Shown: one piece after another, positions 18,044 through 26,973 of the stretch
How the letters are laid out: every line of letters starts with the position of its first letter
Position numbering within the stretch: position 1 is the first letter of the stretch
Source: Candidatus Zixiibacteriota bacterium
GTDB taxonomy: Bacteria; Desulfobacterota; Binatia; UBA9968
Assembly (NCBI GenBank): GCA_035574315.1
Contig: DATLYW010000037.1
Location: 43,853 to 107,852 of the forward strand
Direction of reading: 5' to 3'
Length of the DNA: 64,000 bases
Translations under genes and position numbers: made by a program
Notes under the pieces: model-generated
Told to the model about the DNA's origin: nothing
The model's database searches: none
The model's input: the letters and a program-made list of their open reading frames with translations, nothing else

Positions 18044-19023
18044 AGCCGCGGGCCATCCTGGTGTTCGTCTTCTGGACGCTTTTCCATGCGGACGCGCGAT
18101 CGCAGGAAATCGTCGACATCGCCCACAGCGCGCTCTCGGCATCCCAGGCGATCCTGTTCGTCACCCGGGACGCCGGCATCTTCAGGAAGTACAACCTCGA
18201 ACCGCGCATCATTTACATCGTCGGCGGGCCCACCAACACGGCGGCCTTGATCTCGGGGAGCGTCGACTTCAACATCTTCGCCGGCCCGGCCTCGGTCGCC
18301 GCCAATCTCGGAGGCGCGGATACCGTGCTCCTCATGACGTTCGTGAACACCCTCGAGCACGCGGTCTTCACGCACCCGTCGATCACGAAACCCTCCGATC
18401 TCAGGGGCAAGCGGATCGGCATCGCCCGGCCCGGCTCGGCTGACCACTACGCGGCGACCGTCGCGTTGAGAAAATGGAATCTCGATCCGGAAAAATCGGT
18501 GAACCTCATCTCGATCGGCGGTCCACCCGACCGCTACCTGGCGCTCCAGGCCGGGCGCGTGGACGCTATCCTCATCCAGCCCCCGCTGACGACCCGGGCC
18601 CAGAAGGCAGGCTTTCAGCGGCTCGCCGCTCTCGTCGACTTCGGCGTCGACTACGTCGGTACCTCGCTCGGCACCACCCGCGCCGTGATCCGGAAGAAAG
18701 AAGAGCTGGTGCGCCGCGTGGTCTCGGCTTTCGTCGAGGGCATTCATTTCTACAAGACCAACAAGGAAGCGAGCCTCAGGACGATCGCCAGGCTCATGAG
18801 AACCCAGGACGCGGAGGCTCTGGAGGAAGCCTACAGCGCGTATGCCGTGAAGTTCATGGCGCGCGTTCCCTACCCGACCACCAGGGGAGTGGAAGCCGTG
18901 CTCGAGGACCTGGCCAAGAACAACCCGAAGGCCAAAGGCGCGGACCCCCGCCGATTCGTCGAGCCGCGATTCTTAAAGGAGCTCGAGGACAGCGGCTTCA
19001 TCAGCCGGCTCTACGGGAAATAG
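18040..19023 (+). CDS. NMT1/SsuA-like ABC substrate-binding protein (signal peptide)
   Basis: GTG start at 18040-18042 overlaps the TGA of the preceding gene (GTGA) and is preceded by AAAGGAGGAAG. It has an N-terminal hydrophobic signal and a periplasmic binding fold. Confidence 0.7.
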   Translation: MKPRAILVFVFWTLFHADARSQEIVDIAHSALSASQAILFVTRDAGIFRKYNLEPRIIYIVGGPTNTAALISGSVDFNIFAGPASVAANLGGADTVLLMTFVNTLEHAVFTHPSITKPSDLRGKRIGIARPGSADHYAATVALRKWNLDPEKSVNLISIGGPPDRYLALQAGRVDAILIQPPLTTRAQKAGFQRLAALVDFGVDYVGTSLGTTRAVIRKKEELVRRVVSAFVEGIHFYKTNKEASLRTIARLMRTQDAEALEEAYSAYAVKFMARVPYPTTRGVEAVLEDLAKNNPKAKGADPRRFVEPRFLKELEDSGFISRLYGK

Positions 19024-19042
19024 TCGCCGGAGACCCTCGGCT

Positions 19043-20761
19043 TCAGCGCGCGGGCTCGACGTCGAGCGCCGACCGTTCGGTGCCGACCGCGATCCGGTCG
19101 TGCACCTTGCGGATGCCGGATACCCCATGGGCGGCGCTCACGGCTGCGGCCCTCTGACTGTCGGATGCGACCCGGCCGCTCAGGTAAGCCGTGCTCCCGG
19201 TAACCGACACCTCGACACCGCGGACGGCCCGGGCATGGATCGCCTTGAGGATCTCGAATTCCAGCCGCTCGTCTCCGCGCTCGAGGTCGACTCGCGGGGC
19301 GGATTCGACGGCAACCCGGTCGATAACCGACGTGACAGCCGGCACCGCGCGCACCGCCCGCAGCGCCGCCTGCTTCTGGCGTTCGGTCGCCACGCGCCCC
19401 TCGAGACGGGCGATGCCGTCCTTGACGGAGACCCTGACCCCTTCGATCGCCCGGTTCGCGATCGCGCGCCGCGCCAGGTCCTCCGCGGAAGCCGAGCCAT
19501 CGTTTTTATCGTCCGCCGGGAAAGGCCGGGCTGGGGCCCCACGTTCCGCAGTTGAATCCTTCGGCGCCGCGACGGCTGCAGAATCGGACAGCGACTCCGT
19601 CGGGATCTCGCGTTGGGCGGGAACAGGGGCCTGGTGTTCCGCTTCCCGAAGCGTGCTCGCGCCGGGCGGAACAGAGAGCGGCGCGTCGCGGTCGACTCTC
19701 GCCTGCGCCAGGCGCCGGCTGAGATCGGAGAGCGCGGAGTCGAAGCTCGGATAGAGCATGGCGCCTGCGACCGCGGTCGCGACCGCCGCAGCCGTCCCGC
19801 TCCAGAGCGCCGCACGGTCTCCCCGCCGCCGCCGGCCGGCGACCGTCGCCTCGAATTCCGGGAACTCCCTCCTTCCCTCCCCCGCCTCCACGGAGAGAAG
19901 AGAGGTTGGCGACGGCTGCGTGTCGGCCGGAGCGGCTTTTTTCGCACCGGGAAGCAGGCGAAGATCGACGGCTGCCTCCTCCACCATCGCCCGGCTCACT
20001 CGCTGCCGCGTTGTGGCGTACCCGGTGACCAGTGCCTGATCGCAAAGCAGGTTGATCAGCCGCGGCACCCCGCGGCTGTATTTCCACACCGCGCGGACCG
20101 CCCCCCGATCGAAAAGCGCTTCTCGCCCGCACCCGGCCCGCCTGAGGCGCATGCCGATGTAGCTGTCGACTTCCGCTTCTCCCAGGGATTTCAACCGCAA
20201 CCACAACGCCACCCGCTGCCGCAACTGCCGCATGTCCGCTCCCGCCAACCGCTCCTCCAGCTCCGGCTGTCCCGCCAGCACCATCTGCAAGAGCTTTTCC
20301 TTTTCTGTCTCGAGATTGCTCAGCAGGCAGAGCCCCTCCAACGCCTCCTCGCTCAGCTCCTGCGCCTCGTCGATCAAAAGCGCCACCCGCCGACCCCTGC
20401 GCGCCCGGGACGCCAAATATTCCCGCAAACAGCCCCATGCCGCCCTCCACCCTTCGCCCATGTTCCCCAACCCAAGCTCCCCTCCTATCTCGCGCAACAA
20501 CTCGTGGAATCCGACCTGGCCGCTCACCCCGCTCACGCAGGCCACATCGACGTCCTCTGCCAGCGCTCCCATCAGCCGCCGCAACAGCATCGTCTTGCCC
20601 GTCCCGACCTCCCCCACGAGCACCACGATCCCCTTGCCTTGCTCCACTCCGTAGCGCAACCCCGCAAACGCCTCCCGATAGATCTCGTTCTCGTAATAAA
20701 ACCCAGGGTCCGGCGTCACGCTGAACGGCCGCTCGCGAAAACCGAAGTACTCCAGATACAT
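19043..20761 (-). CDS. ExeA/GspA-like AAA ATPase (AAA_16) with a central TM/linker and two C-terminal BON (OsmY-like) domains
   Basis: The N-terminus MYLEYFGFRERPFSVTPDPGFYYENEIYREAFAGLRYGVEQGKGIVVLVGEVGTGKTMLL matches ExeA. It is followed by a Pro/Ala-rich linker with a hydrophobic segment. Two repeats (VSVKDGIARLEGRVATERQKQAALRAVRAVPAVTSVIDRVAV and VEVSVTGSTAYLSGRVASDSQRAAAVSAAHGVSGIRKVHDRIAV) fit the BON domain. Confidence 0.75.
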   Translation of the reverse strand: MYLEYFGFRERPFSVTPDPGFYYENEIYREAFAGLRYGVEQGKGIVVLVGEVGTGKTMLLRRLMGALAEDVDVACVSGVSGQVGFHELLREIGGELGLGNMGEGWRAAWGCLREYLASRARRGRRVALLIDEAQELSEEALEGLCLLSNLETEKEKLLQMVLAGQPELEERLAGADMRQLRQRVALWLRLKSLGEAEVDSYIGMRLRRAGCGREALFDRGAVRAVWKYSRGVPRLINLLCDQALVTGYATTRQRVSRAMVEEAAVDLRLLPGAKKAAPADTQPSPTSLLSVEAGEGRREFPEFEATVAGRRRRGDRAALWSGTAAAVATAVAGAMLYPSFDSALSDLSRRLAQARVDRDAPLSVPPGASTLREAEHQAPVPAQREIPTESLSDSAAVAAPKDSTAERGAPARPFPADDKNDGSASAEDLARRAIANRAIEGVRVSVKDGIARLEGRVATERQKQAALRAVRAVPAVTSVIDRVAVESAPRVDLERGDERLEFEILKAIHARAVRGVEVSVTGSTAYLSGRVASDSQRAAAVSAAHGVSGIRKVHDRIAVGTERSALDVEPAR

Positions 20762-20770
20762 CCCGGCCTC

Positions 20771-22999
20771 TCACCCGGCGAGCTTGTCGCCCTCCCCGGA
20801 CGGAGCGCTCGCGCTGGCCCGCGCCGCAAGCACCGAAGCTCCCGGCGGGCGGCGTCGACCGTGGCGGCCGGTGAAGAGCGCGTGCAGGGCGCGCATGCTC
20901 CCCGGGTCGCAAAGCAGCCTTCTTTTCTCGGCCGCGGTAAGCGTCTCCAGTCCCAGCCTGAGCGCTTTCGACAGCAGTCCCCGATTCAGCGGCCGCGGAA
21001 CGCTTCCCGCCCGGCCGCGAAGACGGAGGTGAAGGGCGTTGGCGTACGGATCCATGACGGCACGGGCGAATCCGCGGGCATCGGCCCGCTGCGCTTGCAG
21101 CTCCGCCAGAGTCTTCTCGAGGTCGAGCAGAACGGGCGGCGGCGCCGATTCTTCGGGAATCACGAACAGGCGCCAGCGCCTGAAGCGGCGGCCCAGGGCG
21201 ACGCGGCTCGAATAGACGGAGAGCGTCGCCGAGAGCAACAGCGAGGCCGCTACGGGCGCGAGCCACCAGCCATAGAGCGTATTTACCCGCGTCACGATGC
21301 CGATCCAGAGAAGGGAAAAGAGCATCGACGTCCCGTGGTAGCGGAGGGCTTCCCCCCAGCCGATCTCGCAGTCCTCGCGCCGCTGGCTCCCCCACGCGAT
21401 CCGGCGACCGAGGAGCGTGGCGACGACGAACTTGCTGTGGAACCACATCCGGACCGGCGCGAGCATCATCGAGATCACGATCTCCAGCGCCACGCTGGCG
21501 CAAAGCGCCGCGGCTCCCCCGAAAAGATCGGCGCGGCGCTGCCGGACGATCAGCGCGAGGGCGAGGAGCTTCGGGAGCAGCAGGAGCACGGCGGTCGTGC
21601 CGACCAGCGCGATCGCCCACTGCGGATTCCACCGGGGCCAGAGCGGAAACAACGCGGGCTGCGGCGAGAAGTAGCTGGGCGGCAGGAGCGCGTCGGCGGT
21701 GATTTCGGCGGTGCACAGCACGAGAAACAGGAACCACAGCAGCGCCGAAACGTAGGACATCACGCCCATGAGGAAGACGTCGCGATGTCCGCCCCGGATT
21801 CCGTCGCCCGCCAGCAATTTCAGGTGCTGCAGGTTTCCCTGGCACCACCGCCGGTCGCGCTTCAGCTCGTCGAGCAATGTGGGGGGCGTTTCCTCGTAGC
21901 TACCGGACGGCTCGCAGAAAAGCCACACTTCCCAGCCCCCACGGCCGATCAGCGCGGCCTCGACGAAGTCGTGGCTCAGGATTTCCCCGCCGAGCGGAGG
22001 CTTTCCCGGCAGGCGCGGCAGGCCGCAGTGAGCGATGAACGGCGCGATGCGCAGGATCGCGTTGTGGCCCCAATAGCAGCTTTCGCCGAGCTGCCAGAAA
22101 TAAAGGCCGGCTGCGAGCATCGGCCCGTACGCCCGGTTGGCGAACTGCTGGACGCGGGCGAAGAGCGATTCCCGGTTAACGGTAGCGGGCAGCGACTGGA
22201 GAATGCCGACGCGCGGGTTGCGCTCCATCGTCCGCGCCATGCGGACGATGGTCTCGCCGCTCATCACGCTGTCCGCGTCGAGGACCGCCATGTAGTCGTA
22301 ATCCCTTCCCCAGCGGCGCAGGAAATCCGCGATGTTGCCGCTCTTCCGCTTGATCCTGGCCCTGCGGTGCCGGTAGAAAAGGCGGCCGGAAGCTCCCAGT
22401 CGGCGGCACGCACGGGCCCAGGCGAGCTCTTCCTCCACCTGGATGTCCGGATCCGAGGTGTCACTGAGCACGAAAAAGTCGAAGCGGTCGATCTCTCCCG
22501 TGGCTTCGAGCGAGCGATAGACGGCTTCCAGGCCCGCGAAAACGCGCTCCACGTTTTCGTTGCAAATCGGCATCAGAACCGCCGTTCGCGAGCGCAGCGG
22601 AGCCCGCTCGCTCCCGCGCTCGAGCCCCGCCGTCACCGTCCGGGTGCCGTGTTTCCACAGCGTGGCGAAGCCGGCAACGGCCGTCCAGAAGCCGAGCGAG
22701 ATCCAGGAGAACAGAACACCGAAAAGCGTAACGAGCATCAGCTCGGATCGGTCGAGCCATGGATAGGGAAAGGTCTGCGTCAGCGACCAGCTGGCGAGAA
22801 CCGTCTGCGATGAGATCAGAAGCGCCAGCATGGCCCGCCGGCGCCGGACGCGCCGCTGCCAGTGGGGTCTCGCCTCCGGCGCCGCCGGCTTCTCCAACGG
22901 CGTTCGGAGCGTCGCACGGGCGAGCGCGCGCCACAGGCGCCGGATCGGGTTTCTCTCCATCCGGGGCGGGGAAATCGATATCCGGTGGATCGCCGGCAT
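20771..22999 (-). CDS. opgH: Glucans biosynthesis glucosyltransferase H (OPG synthase)
   Basis: A GT2 membrane glycosyltransferase with DAD, RDRRWCQGNLQH (QxxRW) and flanking multi-TM blocks, collinear with MdoH. The start is uncertain (candidate ATGs at about 22999 or 22960). The track ORF extends to 23191. Confidence 0.85.
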   Translation of the reverse strand: MPAIHRISISPPRMERNPIRRLWRALARATLRTPLEKPAAPEARPHWQRRVRRRRAMLALLISSQTVLASWSLTQTFPYPWLDRSELMLVTLFGVLFSWISLGFWTAVAGFATLWKHGTRTVTAGLERGSERAPLRSRTAVLMPICNENVERVFAGLEAVYRSLEATGEIDRFDFFVLSDTSDPDIQVEEELAWARACRRLGASGRLFYRHRRARIKRKSGNIADFLRRWGRDYDYMAVLDADSVMSGETIVRMARTMERNPRVGILQSLPATVNRESLFARVQQFANRAYGPMLAAGLYFWQLGESCYWGHNAILRIAPFIAHCGLPRLPGKPPLGGEILSHDFVEAALIGRGGWEVWLFCEPSGSYEETPPTLLDELKRDRRWCQGNLQHLKLLAGDGIRGGHRDVFLMGVMSYVSALLWFLFLVLCTAEITADALLPPSYFSPQPALFPLWPRWNPQWAIALVGTTAVLLLLPKLLALALIVRQRRADLFGGAAALCASVALEIVISMMLAPVRMWFHSKFVVATLLGRRIAWGSQRREDCEIGWGEALRYHGTSMLFSLLWIGIVTRVNTLYGWWLAPVAASLLLSATLSVYSSRVALGRRFRRWRLFVIPEESAPPPVLLDLEKTLAELQAQRADARGFARAVMDPYANALHLRLRGRAGSVPRPLNRGLLSKALRLGLETLTAAEKRRLLCDPGSMRALHALFTGRHGRRRPPGASVLAARASASAPSGEGDKLAG

Positions 23000-23212
23000 C
23001 GAGATCGGCCTGGGTTTCCTTCGCTCCCCGGAGTGCGGTTCGCCGTGGCGCTGGCCGTCGCTCGTGAGCGACCATGGCTCGATGCCGGTCCGGCGCGAAT
23101 CCCCGTGACAGCGGAGCCAGCGTTCGGCCGCACGGCCGTCACGCCACACTCCGAGATTGTCCGACCGGTTGCGGCTGTCCGAACTGCCCATGAACCCCTG
23201 CTTCTCCTTGAA

Positions 23213-24784
23213 CTATGGATCGACCCGGTACGCCCAGGTCTCGGTCAGCGTGTCGCCGCCGTTTTGCAGGAACGCGCGGAGCTCGAGCGGCTTGTCGCCG
23301 GGCGGCCTGATTTGAAACGCCGCTCGCCAGCCGCGCGTGACCGGGTTCTTGAAGACGTTCTGCTGGACGAGCTGGCCGTCGGCTCCGACGCTGATGACCG
23401 CCCGAACCGGAGCGCCCGCTGAAAGCGCCCGCAGTTTCCCGCCGTCGAAATCGACGACGAAACGCAGCAGATCCTCCCGGTCGCCTCTGCCGATACGCGT
23501 GGCGGTGGCCCGGCCGGAAGACGGTTCCAGCGGGTCCTCGCTCTGGAACTGGATGCGATAGGCGAAGTCGATCGGCTGGCCCACCTGCGGCAGAGACTTC
23601 GGGATCCAGTAGGCGACGATGTTGTCGTTGATTTCCTTCGGGCTCGGAATCTCGACGAGCTTGACGTATCCGGATCCCCAGTTGCCGATCGGCTTGATCC
23701 AGGCGTTGGGGCGCAGCTCGGGACGGGTTTCGAGGTCCTCGTAGCTCTGGAATCGCCGGTCACGCTGGAGCAGCCCGAAGCCGCGCGGGTTGTCGACGTG
23801 GAAATAGCTCACGCGCAATCGTTCCGGGTTCACGAGCGGCCTCCAGATCCACTCGCCCGTGCTGGAGGCGATCAGCAAGCCGTCGGAGTCGTGGACCTCG
23901 GGACGCCAGTCGCCGGTCCGCGCCTTCTCTTCCCCGAAAAGGAACATGCTGGTCAGAGGGGCGATTCCCAGCTCGCGCACCCGCCTGCGCTCGAAGAGAC
24001 GCCCCCGCACCTCGACGACGGTTCGATCGCCGGGCCGTAACACGAATTCGTAAGCTCCCGCGAGGCTCGGGCTGTCGAGCAAGGCGTAGAGGCGGATTCG
24101 CTGCGCCGACCTGGCCGGGCGCTCGATCCAGAATTCCCTGAAACTGGGAAATTCCTCGCCGGTCGGAAGTCCGGTATCGATCGCCAGGCCGCGGGCGGAA
24201 AGCCCGAAGACCTGATGCCTCGCCACTGCGCGAAAATAACTGGCGCCGGCGAACACCAGCACGTGATTCTGCTCGCTCCGTCTGTAGAACGGGTAAGTGA
24301 TGCGAAAGCCGGCAAACCCGAGGTCGACGGGAACGCGGCTGCCGAATTTATTGCGGCCGTAGTCGAAAAGCTTCGGGGAAAACGGCACCTTGTAGACGCC
24401 GTTTTCGTTCAGGACGTTGATGCCCACGCTGTGGGTGTAATAGAGGCCGGGGTGGATGAACTGGATCTGAAAATTTCCCCCGGAATCGCGCCACAACGAG
24501 TGCTCGGTCCGGAAACGAATGTCGCGGTACTCGTCGTAGGTCACCTGCTTCAGGAAATCGGGGATCTGCTGCGGCGGCCGGAACGCCTCCGCGGCAAGCT
24601 TCCGGGCGATCCGCGACACCTCGTCGAAGCCGAAACGGGCGTTGCCGAACGCAGGGGGCGCAAGGAGAAAGAGCGCCAGGCTCAAGCAGGACGCGCGTTT
24701 CCTGATCACTGCGTGAAAAAAAGCGAAGCCGGAACTCCAGCGCCGTTGCGGCCGGCTGGCGGCTTCAGGAGAATTGGACGCCAT
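23213..24784 (-). CDS. opgG: Periplasmic glucan biosynthesis protein OpgG/OpgD (MdoG family)
   Basis: A roughly 520-aa MdoG-family periplasmic protein (FRFxxE...FLFGE...WRPxVHDSDGL). There is an N-terminal signal region with an RR pair (RPQRRWSSGF). The start is probably ATG 24784 (AAGGA RBS). Confidence 0.85.
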   Translation of the reverse strand: MASNSPEAASRPQRRWSSGFAFFHAVIRKRASCLSLALFLLAPPAFGNARFGFDEVSRIARKLAAEAFRPPQQIPDFLKQVTYDEYRDIRFRTEHSLWRDSGGNFQIQFIHPGLYYTHSVGINVLNENGVYKVPFSPKLFDYGRNKFGSRVPVDLGFAGFRITYPFYRRSEQNHVLVFAGASYFRAVARHQVFGLSARGLAIDTGLPTGEEFPSFREFWIERPARSAQRIRLYALLDSPSLAGAYEFVLRPGDRTVVEVRGRLFERRRVRELGIAPLTSMFLFGEEKARTGDWRPEVHDSDGLLIASSTGEWIWRPLVNPERLRVSYFHVDNPRGFGLLQRDRRFQSYEDLETRPELRPNAWIKPIGNWGSGYVKLVEIPSPKEINDNIVAYWIPKSLPQVGQPIDFAYRIQFQSEDPLEPSSGRATATRIGRGDREDLLRFVVDFDGGKLRALSAGAPVRAVISVGADGQLVQQNVFKNPVTRGWRAAFQIRPPGDKPLELRAFLQNGGDTLTETWAYRVDP

Positions 24785-25353
24785 AAAAGATAAGTCCTTT
24801 TTGCGTACGGGCAAGCCCCATGCCATCGGCGGGAGGCCGGGTAAGCTACCGAAACATGGTTCTTGTGTTGCGGCGGGCGGCGCTACGGCACCCTCGATGC
24901 AGGGGTTGCCCTACAGGCACGGAGGGAAAATCCGCGAAATCGGGAGCGGTCGCGCTGACTCGGTCCTGACGGAACAACAACCGGGACAGGCGGAACGTGT
25001 GACGCAATCCGGTTACGGCCGCGGCGATCCTCGCGGAGTCCGTCGAGATTTCTCCACTGCCGAAAGAACCGAGCTTCGGAGCCGGAGCGCGGCAAAGGGA
25101 GAGGAGGTCTTCCGCCCGCCGCTCGAGTCGTTGCGGGAATGGCCAGGGGAGGCGCGGAAGCGATCCCGAAGCCGGCGCGCTCGACTTCCCACCGCGCTGC
25201 GAGAAGTGCGGCTTTTGAGGCGCTGCGCACGATTTCGCGCAAAGGAACAGCGCCGTGCGGCACGGCGCCTCTCGATCCGCCTGGACAAGCGGCCGGAAAT
25301 CCTCTACAGAATGAAGGCGCACCTGAGGGCACAGGAGGGGCACGCTCGTCGCG

Positions 25354-26841
25354 ATGCGGCAGGATTTGATCCGCAAGGGGTGGTTTCCCGCGTTCCTTTT
25401 CCTTCTCCCGATCCTGCTCTACGCCGGCTGTACGACCGGCGTCATACCCGCCACGGGGGAAAAGCGTTATCTCGGCTACAGCTGGGAGCAGGAGGTCAAT
25501 CTCGGCCGCAAGGCGAGCAAGGAGGTGGCCGCGGCCTTCGGCCTCTATCGCGACCCGGGGCTCGAACGCTATGTCGAGGAAGTCGGACGACGGGTCCTGG
25601 CGCGAAGCCATCTCCGGCGGCCGGAAACGGACCCCGAGATTCGCAACACCCCGGTCACCTTCCAGATCCTCGACAGCCCCGTGATCAACGCCATGGCGCT
25701 TCCCGGAGGGCACATCTACGTCACCCGCGGAATGCTCGCTCACTTGAACAGCGAGGATCAGCTCGCCTCGGTTCTGGCGCACGAAATCGGCCACGTGAGC
25801 GCCCGCCATGCGTCGCGCCAGGCGTGGCAGCAACAGCTCGGACAGGGGCTTCTCCTGGGAGGCGCGCTCATCGGCCAGATCGTCGGCCTGCCCGCAGAAC
25901 AGATTCTCAACCTCGGAGGAGCCGCGGCGCAGCTGATCTTTCTCCGCTACAGCCGCGAGGACGAGCTGGAGGCGGACCGCCTCGGCGTGGAGTACACCTC
26001 GCTCGCCGGATACGACCCGACCGCGGTCACGGGACTCTTTGAATCCCTCGATCGAATGCAGGAGAAGGAAGGTCAGGGGCTGCCCAATTTTCTGTCGACG
26101 CACCCCAATCCAGGAGACAGGATCGCCCGAATCCGGCAGTGGAGCAGCGGCCGGCGGAGCGAGCGCCCGCGGGACGGCCGGTACTTCGACGCGATCGACG
26201 GCATGGTGTTGGGGGAAGATCCGCGACACGGGTTCGTCGAGCGCGACGTCTTTTACCATCCGGATCTGCGCTTTCGCTTTCCCGTCCCGCGTGGCTTCCG
26301 CGTCGTGAACCAGCCTGCACAGGTGATCATGGTCGAAGGCGCCAGGCGCGCGATCCTCGGCTTTGCGTCATCCCCTGAAAAATCGCCCGAGGCGGCCGCT
26401 GCGCGATTCGCCCGGCAAGGCGGACTGCGTGTTCTCGACAACCGCCGAGCGCGCTCGAACGGGCTTCCCGCCGTCGCCCTGCTGGCGGATGCGAAGATGC
26501 AGAACGGGCGGGTCGCGAGGCTGCTCGCTTATTTCGTCGAGTTCGGCGGAAACGTCTACCATTTCGTCGGCTATACCTCTCCGGAAGCTTTCGGCGCGTT
26601 CCGGGGCGTATTCCTGCGGACGATGGAGGGCTTCGGAGAGCTGCGAGACCCGGCCATGCTGAGCCGCCAACCCGTGCGCCTCGCAACGCTGCGCGTCTCC
26701 CGCCCGGCACGGTTTCGCGCCTTGATCCCCCGGGGCGCTCCCGGCGAAATGACCCCGGAGGATCTCGCCATTCTGAACCAGGTGCGGCTCGACCAAATGA
26801 TCGAGCCCGGCACGGTGCTGAAGTTTCCCCGTTCCTTTTGA
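25354..26841 (+). CDS. M48-family zinc metallopeptidase lipoprotein (BepA/LoiP-like) with C-terminal LysM-like domain
   Basis: Lipobox LLYAGC, HEIGH plus a downstream E (EDELEADR), and a C-terminal LysM-like segment (TPEDLAILNQVRLDQMIEPGTVLKFP). Confidence 0.8.
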   Translation: MRQDLIRKGWFPAFLFLLPILLYAGCTTGVIPATGEKRYLGYSWEQEVNLGRKASKEVAAAFGLYRDPGLERYVEEVGRRVLARSHLRRPETDPEIRNTPVTFQILDSPVINAMALPGGHIYVTRGMLAHLNSEDQLASVLAHEIGHVSARHASRQAWQQQLGQGLLLGGALIGQIVGLPAEQILNLGGAAAQLIFLRYSREDELEADRLGVEYTSLAGYDPTAVTGLFESLDRMQEKEGQGLPNFLSTHPNPGDRIARIRQWSSGRRSERPRDGRYFDAIDGMVLGEDPRHGFVERDVFYHPDLRFRFPVPRGFRVVNQPAQVIMVEGARRAILGFASSPEKSPEAAAARFARQGGLRVLDNRRARSNGLPAVALLADAKMQNGRVARLLAYFVEFGGNVYHFVGYTSPEAFGAFRGVFLRTMEGFGELRDPAMLSRQPVRLATLRVSRPARFRALIPRGAPGEMTPEDLAILNQVRLDQMIEPGTVLKFPRSF

Positions 26842-26973
26842 TCCCCGGCGGCCGCCCCGTCGAATGGAATCCGCCGCGCGATGTTGTATGATGGAGCGGG
26901 CCTGCGCCTTCCGGCCTTCGGCGTCCGGCCAACGGAGCGTCATCCGGCCGATGCCGAGCGCCGGTCGAAACTC

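Noticed and set aside
19506-22813. Very long ORFs (780 aa on - at 19506-21848 and 1066 aa on + at 19613-22813) in the supplied track
   Set aside because: Both are Arg/Gly/Pro/Ala-rich, low-complexity translations lying antisense to or out of frame with the well-supported ExeA-like and opgH genes. They are typical GC-rich shadow ORFs. The same applies to many other long track ORFs, for example 499-1722, 3053-4276, 8758-10086, 38716-40227, 39827-42412, 44601-46694, 46670-48832 and 54509-56494.
24785-24826. Longer opgG N-terminus from the track ATG at 24826, and an alternative GTG start at 24709 just before the hydrophobic signal core
   Set aside because: The ATG at 24784 has the better RBS (AAGGA with about 10-nt spacing). 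The GTG alternative would give a shorter signal peptide without an n-region. The boundary is uncertain but I chose 24784. The RR pair (RPQRRW) may indicate a Tat-type signal as in OpgD, but its spacing from the h-region is atypical, so I did not call it.
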